64,000 bases of DNA, taken from IMG/VR virus record IMGVR_UViG_3300030104_003613. One strand, given 5' to 3'. The notes below the pieces were generated by a model, which made no database searches, was not told the DNA's origin, and saw only the letters and a list, made by a program, of their open reading frames with translations. The position numbers were made by a program, and so were the translations under genes. The stretch is from a virus. Position 1 is the stretch's first letter. The number at the start of each line of letters is the position of its first letter. This document shows positions 10,402-16,781 of the stretch, piece by piece.

Positions 10402-10915
10402 AACCTAACTCCTTCGCATACTCATACATTTTTGTCTTACGTCTTTTCTTAATAGGTTTTGCTGGACTACCACCATAGATTGTCCATGGTTCGGTAGATG
10501 TTTTTAGGAAAGAGTTTGCTCCTAACACAGAACCCTCTGCCATGGTGACACCTGACATCACAACAGAGTTGGCACATACACCAGAAAACCTTTTGAGATT
10601 AATTGGTTCTAGTATTTGTGTGTCCTTGTATTCATCTGGGATCATAGGTCCAATAAGTCCATCACCCATAAAAAGATCTGATCCACAGATCATTCTCGCA
10701 CCTGTCGAAATGAAAGTAAAGTCTTCCATATTTAGAGATGTCTTTTCTCCACCAATCACCGAAACATGTGGAGAGATATGAATATAATCACCCAGATTTA
10801 AACCAGTGGTACAGTAAAATCCAAAGTCAATAGCAACATGATTACCAACTTTTGCTAAATGAGGTCTAGTTATACAGGTATGACCATGTATAAAGAAATC
10901 ATTTCCTGTGATCAT
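10391..10915 (-). CDS. Hexapeptide-repeat (LbH) acyltransferase
   Basis: LGDYIHISPHV, GVTMAEGSVLGANS, IYGGSPAKPIK; likely start MITGN at 10915. Confidence 0.85.
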   Translation of the reverse strand: MITGNDFFIHGHTCITRPHLAKVGNHVAIDFGFYCTTGLNLGDYIHISPHVSVIGGEKTSLNMEDFTFISTGARMICGSDLFMGDGLIGPMIPDEYKDTQILEPINLKRFSGVCANSVVMSGVTMAEGSVLGANSFLKTSTEPWTIYGGSPAKPIKKRRKTKMYEYAKELGYEF

Positions 10916-11324
10916 TGATGAACACCTTATCATTTTCAATTCCCGTATAGGGTCCAGTCTTGTATTCATAAACAACGGTGTCATCATCAAGGATGGTATA
11001 TGTGTGACCACCCTCAAAGGTCATCGAGCAGTCACCTTGATTAATAATCTCATCACCAATATGAGTTTCATCAATGTCATACATGTGAATCTTTACAGAT
11101 CCTTGAATGACCACCCAAGATTCTTGAGCGATTACTTGCTCTCTTGAAGATGGTTTCCAAATATGTTTGTGAGGTTTAAATGTTTTACCCGAATCCATCC
11201 TCAAGGTTGCTAACTGAATAAATTGATCTTCGGGTGCGACATCAGTTCTTGCGGTGATCTCATCTAATCTATTAATGATATGAATGAGTCTAGAGGGATC
11301 AACTTTAGAGTATATGTGTTTCAT
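10899..11324 (-). CDS. Cupin-fold protein (WbuC/sugar-isomerase-like)
   Basis: PHKH...QESWVVIQG...GGHTY...EYKTGPY. Confidence 0.75.
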   Translation of the reverse strand: MKHIYSKVDPSRLIHIINRLDEITARTDVAPEDQFIQLATLRMDSGKTFKPHKHIWKPSSREQVIAQESWVVIQGSVKIHMYDIDETHIGDEIINQGDCSMTFEGGHTYTILDDDTVVYEYKTGPYTGIENDKVFINDHRK

Positions 11325-11326
11325 AA

Positions 11327-11470
11327 CTAGTCTGTTTTAGTTTGATTGTAAAACCAATTGTGTGTAAGTTGATACCACATCACAGCATTTACACTTGTGA
11401 TCGAAAGTATCAAGAGTAAGATCACAACCATTGTGATCCCCTTTATGGATTTATCAGTCTTCTTTAGCAT
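11327..11470 (-). CDS. Small membrane protein
   Basis: 47 aa with one hydrophobic helix; fills the gap between flanking genes. Confidence 0.5.
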   Translation of the reverse strand: MLKKTDKSIKGITMVVILLLILSITSVNAVMWYQLTHNWFYNQTKTD

Positions 11471-12509
11471 CGATTTGAGCATTGATCCAATGATAGGTAT
11501 AACGAATACCCTCTTCAAGAGTCATCTCATAATCCCAACCAACTTTCTCACGAACAAGATCATTGTTAGAGTTACGTCCACGAACACCCAGAGGAGCATC
11601 CAGTTTATGCATCCTGCGAACTACTTTACCAGCAACTTTGCCAGCGATATCAACCAGTTCGTTGATCTTAACCATCTCTTCAGAACCAATATTCATTGGT
11701 CCCATGAAATCAGAGTCCATCATACGACGGGTTGCTTCGATACACTCATCAATATAAAGGAATGAACGAGTCTGTTCACCATCTCCCCATACTTCAATCG
11801 CACCACCTACATCAGGAAGGTATGCTACTTTACGACAAATTGCTGCGGGGGCCTTCTCTCTTCCACCCTCCCAGGTCCCCTCCGGGCCAAAAATGTTGTG
11901 ATATCTAGCAACCCTAACAGGAATGCCATGATTACGATTATACGCAAAGTACAGTCGCTCAGAGAAAAGTTTCTCCCATCCGTACTCGGAGTCTGGGTCT
12001 GCGGGGTATGCTGATTCTTCACGGCAGTCGGGATTATCAGGGTCCAATTGGTTATGCTCTGGATACATACATGCTGATCCAGAATAGAAGATCTTGGTAT
12101 TATTTCCTACAGTCTCATTAAATTTACGCTGCTCTTCAAGCACATTCAAGTTGATGGTAACAGAGTTGTGCATGATTTCAGCATCATTTTCACCAGTGAA
12201 AACGAATCCAGCACCACCCATGTCAGCAGCAAACTGATAGATCTCATCAAAAGGAGCATGATATCTTTCAGGAACAGAGTAATAGAAGTTACCACGTTCT
12301 CCTTTGAAACGGAGAACACGACGGACAAATTCTACATCACAAAGATCGCCCTGTACAAATTCGTTCGCCTCGGTAGGGGAGAACTCTGGATATTTAAGGT
12401 CTACACCACGCACCCAGTAACCTTCTGAACGCAGACGCTTCACCATATGACTTCCGATGAATCCACCTGCGCCCAAAACGAGTGCTGTTTTCTTGTATTC
12501 CATGGTCAT
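11454..12509 (-). CDS. NAD-dependent epimerase, GDP-mannose 3,5-epimerase-like
   Basis: GAGGFIGSH, AADMGGAGF, SACMYPE, YGWEK, GGREKAPAAICRK, GVRGRNSNN. Confidence 0.9.
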   Translation of the reverse strand: MTMEYKKTALVLGAGGFIGSHMVKRLRSEGYWVRGVDLKYPEFSPTEANEFVQGDLCDVEFVRRVLRFKGERGNFYYSVPERYHAPFDEIYQFAADMGGAGFVFTGENDAEIMHNSVTINLNVLEEQRKFNETVGNNTKIFYSGSACMYPEHNQLDPDNPDCREESAYPADPDSEYGWEKLFSERLYFAYNRNHGIPVRVARYHNIFGPEGTWEGGREKAPAAICRKVAYLPDVGGAIEVWGDGEQTRSFLYIDECIEATRRMMDSDFMGPMNIGSEEMVKINELVDIAGKVAGKVVRRMHKLDAPLGVRGRNSNNDLVREKVGWDYEMTLEEGIRYTYHWINAQIDAKED

Positions 12510-12557
12510 TAATAATGCTTTTTATTTATCCAAGTCAAATTATAGCACGTCAGTCAA

Positions 12558-12839
12558 TCAAAGACGACCCTTTGAAAGTCTCTCGATACCATTCTTTTCA
12601 TTACTCTTGAGAATATCAACTAAAAGATTGAATCTCTGCTCTAGTTCAGCATCAGGTCCAGTCTTACCAGTCTCTGTAAGATCACCAACTTTGCTCTTCA
12701 TCCAAGCAATCTCTGCTTCAAGAATTTCAATCTTCTTGTTCGCTGCTTCAAGTGCTTTCAGTCTACCTTCTACTTCAACATCATACTTTGACATTGATGC
12801 TCCAGTGGAAGACTTGGCAGCAGTTCCTTTGTATGCCAT
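12558..12839 (-). CDS. Hypothetical coiled-coil protein (late)
   Basis: ORF preceded by AATAAATA late-type box near 12868. Confidence 0.7.
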   Translation of the reverse strand: MAYKGTAAKSSTGASMSKYDVEVEGRLKALEAANKKIEILEAEIAWMKSKVGDLTETGKTGPDAELEQRFNLLVDILKSNEKNGIERLSKGRL

Positions 12840-12875
12840 GTGGTTTTCAATCATTGACTAACGTCTGTATTTATT

Positions 12876-12900
12876 AAAAAAGGAGACCCGAAGGTCTCCT
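12876..12900 (-). terminator. Intrinsic terminator with UUCG loop
   Basis: AGGAGACC-TTCG-GGTCTCCT-TTTTT; identical to the terminator after gp23. Confidence 0.9.
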
Positions 12901-12903
12901 GAT

Positions 12904-13164
12904 TTAGCGACGAGATACTGTGTCTTTGATATAACAAGGGACACCCGCTGGGTCCAACCATTTAGGATACTCTGGATCTTCAATGGCTAGAAGTAACTGA
13001 TCTGCGTTATCAAACAAATAAATGTCAGAGTATTTTTTAGTATACTCATCTGCTTTTTGTAGACGAAGATCGGGGTTACCATTCAATTCAATGTAACCTC
13101 GTTGAACAAAACGATAGGGATATCGTTCATGAATAACAACAGTCTTCGTTGTCAAATCGTTCAT
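12904..13164 (-). CDS. Hypothetical protein
   Basis: 86-aa ORF coupled by ATGA overlap. Confidence 0.75.
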   Translation of the reverse strand: MNDLTTKTVVIHERYPYRFVQRGYIELNGNPDLRLQKADEYTKKYSDIYLFDNADQLLLAIEDPEYPKWLDPAGVPCYIKDTVSRR

Positions 13165-13373
13165 GCCACCTCCGATGTTTCCAGATCTTCAGCGATACAA
13201 TCGATAAGAATATCATAGTCATCCAATGGATCACCAGAGAAAACTACACCACTGTTCTCATAAAACTTACGAACCTTTTTAAAGAGTTTGGGGTTCTTCA
13301 CATCAAGGTAGTAATCACCTTGAACAGCGGAACGAAGGGTGCTGATGTCTTTCTTGAACTTAGAAGTAATCAT
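13161..13373 (-). CDS. Hypothetical protein (probably early)
   Basis: 70-aa ORF directly after a sigma70-type promoter. Confidence 0.75.
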   Translation of the reverse strand: MITSKFKKDISTLRSAVQGDYYLDVKNPKLFKKVRKFYENSGVVFSGDPLDDYDILIDCIAEDLETSEVA

Positions 13374-13395
13374 TGTCTTGCTTTGTTACCCTGAT

Positions 13396-13452
13396 ATTAT
13401 AAGGTATAGGACTTGTGAGGTCAAGATGCCTTGGACAGTCAGGATTCTGTCC
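13396..13452 (-). promoter_or_regulatory. Sigma70-type promoter with upstream palindrome
   Basis: GGACAG-N8-CTGTCC, then TTGACC-N17-TATAAT. Confidence 0.85.
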
Positions 13453-13454
13453 TA

Positions 13455-13527
13455 TGGGGATCGTGAGGATCGAACTCACCTTGAGCAAATTATGAGTTTG
13501 CTGCATTCACCAGATTGCTAGACCCCC
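13455..13527 (-). tRNA. tRNA with CAU anticodon, probably Ile2 (Met not excluded)
   Basis: GGGGGTC/GATCCCC acceptor, GCAAA-CTCATAA-TTTGC anticodon arm, GTTCGATC T-loop; no encoded CCA. Confidence 0.85.
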
Positions 13528-13532
13528 TGATG

Positions 13533-13706
13533 TCAGGAGGCTTCGTTATTCTGTTCCAGATATAACTTCATAAATTCATCATCCGCTGGCACCATCACTG
13601 CCCTTTCACCTTTTTCGTTTTCCACACCTATTGTTTCACCATTCTCAACTCTATCCAAAAGAGTTTCCCAGTTCTTTTGCCAATGTTCCACGGAGTAAAA
13701 TTCCAT
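13533..13706 (-). CDS. Phd/YefM antitoxin-like small protein
   Basis: Manual translation MEFYSVEHWQKNWETLLDRVENGETIGVENEKGERAVMVPADDE... (57 aa; not in track). Confidence 0.65.
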   Translation of the reverse strand: MEFYSVEHWQKNWETLLDRVENGETIGVENEKGERAVMVPADDEFMKLYLEQNNEAS

Positions 13707-13727
13707 AGTTAGTTTATGTATAATGAT

Positions 13728-13913
13728 TTAATTCCACAGTCCAATTACTCTGAACAATCCATCTGCGTAAAAGAAAAGAAGGACTGAACCTATAGAAGCA
13801 CTAATAACTGTGGCAGTTTTATTATGCTTATCGATAGCTTTATCAATCATATCTTGACACTGTTTTTCAGTGACAAGATGTTCGGGTTTGATCTTGGGCA
13901 TTCGGTGAGTCAT
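13728..13913 (-). CDS. Small membrane protein
   Basis: 61 aa with a C-terminal hydrophobic helix. Confidence 0.7.
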   Translation of the reverse strand: MTHRMPKIKPEHLVTEKQCQDMIDKAIDKHNKTATVISASIGSVLLFFYADGLFRVIGLWN

Positions 13914-14161
13914 TAGCGGACATCAAAGTCTAATTTACGAACTTTACGATGTCTTCTCTCCTCCTGATATGCCAGGTCTTGAGAAGTAAGGATTCCTTTT
14001 TGTTTGGTTTCCTTATTAGAATTTAGCATAATGATTAGGTTAAGATCAACTGCTGTGATGTTGTCTTCCCTTACTGTTAGCATGTTCGGACAACCGCAAC
14101 ATTGTGTTTTAGTTGAACTAACAATTTCCTTGCCACAGGATTTACATCTGATTTTAAGCAT
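13913..14161 (-). CDS. Small Cys-rich (Zn-ribbon-like) protein
   Basis: CKSCG...CCGCPN; AGGAGG RBS upstream. Confidence 0.75.
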   Translation of the reverse strand: MLKIRCKSCGKEIVSSTKTQCCGCPNMLTVREDNITAVDLNLIIMLNSNKETKQKGILTSQDLAYQEERRHRKVRKLDFDVR

Positions 14162-14186
14162 TGGAACATGGTCCTCCTATCAGGAA

Positions 14187-14258
14187 TGCTTGAAGAGGGG
14201 ATCGAACCCCCGACAACCTCGGTGTAAACGAGACGCTCTACCTCTGAGCTATTCAAGC
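14187..14258 (-). tRNA. tRNA-Val(UAC)
   Basis: GCTTGAA/TTCAAGC acceptor, TT-TAC-AC loop, GGTTCGATCC. Confidence 0.95.
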
Positions 14259-14264
14259 AAAACA

Positions 14265-14385
14265 CCGTTACTGGTGATCAGTCAGTAACGGGGACTCAAG
14301 GAGGATCCCACTCCTCTCTCACACGGGTTGGTTTTCCGATTCTTTTTTCTCTCGGAGATGTGAGCACGGATGTCGTCAATCCGTA
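14265..14385 (-). ncRNA. Structured RNA between tRNA-Arg and tRNA-Val
   Basis: Stems TACGGAT/ATCCGTG, CTCACA/TGTGAG enclosing TCCGA/TCGGA, AGGAG/CTCCT, CCGTTACTG/CAGTAACGG. Confidence 0.65.
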
Positions 14386-14387
14386 TA

Positions 14388-14459
14388 CAGGTCCACTAGG
14401 AATCGAACCTAGAATAACTGCTTAGAAGGCAGTAGTTATATCCGTTTAACTATGGACCC
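14388..14459 (-). tRNA. tRNA-Arg(UCU)
   Basis: GGGTCCA/TGGACCT acceptor, ACTGC-CTTCTAA-GCAGT, GGTTCGATTCC. Confidence 0.95.
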
Positions 14460-14462
14460 AAA

Positions 14463-14526
14463 GGTGGTTCCTATCGCCGCTAACCCTGAACCACCAAGGG
14501 GGTCACCGCAGTGGTCTCTCAACCAC
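14463..14526 (-). ncRNA. Structured leader RNA (hairpin plus H-type pseudoknot) of the tRNA operon
   Basis: GTGGT/ACCAC hairpin; TGACCC/GGGTTA crossed with GGTGGTTC/GAACCACC. Confidence 0.6.
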
Positions 14527-14532
14527 TTTATT

Positions 14533-14561
14533 ATTGTAGCAGACCTGAACCAGATTGCCAA
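14533..14561 (-). promoter_or_regulatory. Sigma70-type promoter of the tRNA operon
   Basis: TTGGCA-N17-TACAAT with TG extension. Confidence 0.75.
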
Positions 14562-14568
14562 CCCTGAT

Positions 14569-14967
14569 TCATGCCTGCCAATGATAGTGAAAGAAGTTGC
14601 CTCTTGGATCACACATCGGGTCTTCCGATGCTACGCGATATCCTAACATACTCTGTCCCTTGAAGTCAGTTCTATCTCCAATGATGCTGTATGCCTTGAG
14701 GAGGTTCTCTCTACCTGTATTTGAATTAAATCTATTCACCAAAGCGGTGGATGCTACAGGACGATGAAAATCAAAACCCTGATATTGTCCAGGAGCATAC
14801 ACTACATCAGCCACATTGTTAGGATAATAAGGTGACCGAACACGGTTAAGGATTGATGTTGCCACACAGAACTCATCCATAGTATTGGGCGCTGCTTCTA
14901 CCGACACTGCCCTTGCAAGATGATGATAGTCAAGTGGCGTCAATGCCAGGATCGTTTCCAAAATCAT
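14569..14967 (-). CDS. SleB/Hydrolase_2 cell-wall hydrolase
   Basis: LARAVSVEA (catalytic Glu), ILNRVRSPYYPN, VVYAPGQY. Confidence 0.85.
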   Translation of the reverse strand: MILETILALTPLDYHHLARAVSVEAAPNTMDEFCVATSILNRVRSPYYPNNVADVVYAPGQYQGFDFHRPVASTALVNRFNSNTGRENLLKAYSIIGDRTDFKGQSMLGYRVASEDPMCDPRGNFFHYHWQA

Positions 14968-15415
14968 AATAGTCTTTCTTGTAGTACCGTCCTAGGACAT
15001 TGCTATTGTAGTAGAGGGGCGTCCCGTCTGTCAAGCTCTCTGTCAGGACGTTGTTCAGGAACAACTGACGGGTCTCCTCATAGTTTACTTTACCAGGAGT
15101 CTTGTGGAGACTCAGTATAGTCCTTCTAAAGGATTCCTTTCCGAATCTGGCAACATCTTCTTTAAGCTCTGGACAACTTCCATAGTAGTCGCGCCAGTCG
15201 CTCTCAGACGTAACTCTTCTCCGCTTAACAGTTTTATCTGAACATCTAGGCTTTCGTTTTTGCCAAAAATACTTTCGCCCAATGTATTGTCGTTCGTTCT
15301 GGAGATTGGTAATGTTATACACAAAGCCGTAAAAGTCCCGAACATCGCTCCCATTAAACACGGAGCCCATATATTTCCAAGGATTTGGGTACTCTTCTGA
15401 GTCATACGTTTCCAA
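14930..15415 (-). CDS. GIY-YIG-family nuclease-like protein
   Basis: GFVYNITN...YIGRK, YYGS, YYN motifs. Confidence 0.7.
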   Translation of the reverse strand: METYDSEEYPNPWKYMGSVFNGSDVRDFYGFVYNITNLQNERQYIGRKYFWQKRKPRCSDKTVKRRRVTSESDWRDYYGSCPELKEDVARFGKESFRRTILSLHKTPGKVNYEETRQLFLNNVLTESLTDGTPLYYNSNVLGRYYKKDYYDFGNDPGIDAT

Positions 15416-15418
15416 TAA

Positions 15419-15568
15419 TCATTCTTCATATTCTTCAAATATGTAGTCGTCGAGTTGTTTTGCTTTTCTTTTTTGGGCATCACTAATCATTCCATACATC
15501 CAATCATTGGGATCACCATCGCCCTCAGCCCAAGGTGAATTGGAGGTGGGGGGGATGGTGGTCTTCAC
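15419..15568 (-). CDS. Small hypothetical protein
   Basis: Likely GTG start after the nrdB stop; 49 aa. Confidence 0.45.
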   Translation of the reverse strand: MKTTIPPTSNSPWAEGDGDPNDWMYGMISDAQKRKAKQLDDYIFEEYEE

Positions 15569-15587
15569 TAAATCTTCACGTTCTTTC

Positions 15588-16781
15588 TTAAAGTTTAAAA
15601 CCAGCGAAAGAATCTTTCTTAACATCTTGCTTAATGCCACCGACAACATAAGATTCAACTTCAGTCTCTTGCGGCGCAACCTGTAGTCCTTTAGAGGAAA
15701 TCCAGTGTTGAGTCCAAGGCAAGGGATTGTTCTTGGCACTTACATCGTATATAGGCTTAAGTCCGATACCTTTCAATCTCCTGTTGGCAATCCATTCAAC
15801 ATAGTTTTTAAGCAGAGTGTCGTTCAGACCAATCATTGAACCGTTGCGGAACAGATAGTCTGCCCACTTCTTCTCTTCATTGACTGCCTTCTTAAACATC
15901 GCATACACCCACTCCTCTTCCTCTTTGGCAATCTTTGCCATTTCAGGATCATCACCACGCTTCCACTTACTCAAGATATTTTGAGTAATCGCTAGGTGTT
16001 GATTTTCATCTCTTGCGATGAGAGAGATGATTTTAGCTGATCCTTCCATAAGCTTAAGTTCACCGAAGGCGAAACTACAAGCAAAACTAACGTAGAACCT
16101 AATACCCTCAAGAATGTTAACGTTGGCAACTGCTCTGTAGAGTTTTCTTTTGACATCTTTACGAGTCCATTGTGCGGATGGTGAATCTCTAAAATCACTT
16201 TCCCACATTCTGCCAGTTCCCCAGTCTTGGGCGCAGTTGATAAAATCATCATAACTTTGAGTTACTGACTTTGCTCTTTCCAGAATCCTATCGTCGGTGA
16301 TGATTGTATCAAGCACCTCACAAGGATCAGAATAGATGTTCTTAATGATATATGTGTAGGAGCGACTATGGATCATCTCCATAAATCCCCACACTTCCAT
16401 ACACGCTTCCAGTTCAGGAAGTGAACAGTATGGAATGAATGCCATACCAGGACCACGACCCTGAACAGAATCTAACATGATCTGATACTTCAAGTTAGAA
16501 GTATAGATATGCTTCTGTTCTGGGCGCAGTGTATGGTAATCTGCTCTATCTTTTTGTAAGGAGACCTCCTCTGGTCTCCAGAAGTAACCCAACTGCTGCG
16601 TTGTGAGTCTTTCAAAAATTGGATACTTGTAGGAATCATATCTCTGAATTCCCAGGGGTTTACCGAAAAACATTGGTTGTTTTTTGGCATCATGGACTTC
16701 AGGATTGAAAACCGTCATCCCCTTCACTTTTTCATCAACTACATTATTCACTGAGCTAACCTTAAACTGCACAGGATTCAC
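15588..16781 (-). CDS. nrdB: Ribonucleotide reductase class Ia beta subunit
   Basis: FWRPEE, EMIHSRSY, EGIRFY, RDENQH, VAPQETE. Confidence 0.97.
   Translation of the reverse strand: MNPVQFKVSSVNNVVDEKVKGMTVFNPEVHDAKKQPMFFGKPLGIQRYDSYKYPIFERLTTQQLGYFWRPEEVSLQKDRADYHTLRPEQKHIYTSNLKYQIMLDSVQGRGPGMAFIPYCSLPELEACMEVWGFMEMIHSRSYTYIIKNIYSDPCEVLDTIITDDRILERAKSVTQSYDDFINCAQDWGTGRMWESDFRDSPSAQWTRKDVKRKLYRAVANVNILEGIRFYVSFACSFAFGELKLMEGSAKIISLIARDENQHLAITQNILSKWKRGDDPEMAKIAKEEEEWVYAMFKKAVNEEKKWADYLFRNGSMIGLNDTLLKNYVEWIANRRLKGIGLKPIYDVSAKNNPLPWTQHWISSKGLQVAPQETEVESYVVGGIKQDVKKDSFAGFKL

Noticed and set aside
12876-12900. 25-nt sequence identical to 54087-54111 as a mobile-element end or att site
   Set aside because: Explained as a reused UUCG terminator; no integrase or transposase present.
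14265-14526. HDV-like (theta) ribozyme or manA/wcaG motif next to the tRNAs
   Set aside because: I could not fit the nested double pseudoknot or the signature motifs by eye; an Infernal scan is still needed.
14930-15415. GIY-YIG gene as a mobile homing endonuclease
   Set aside because: Catalytic domain only, with no evident DNA-binding tail; more likely a resident gene.
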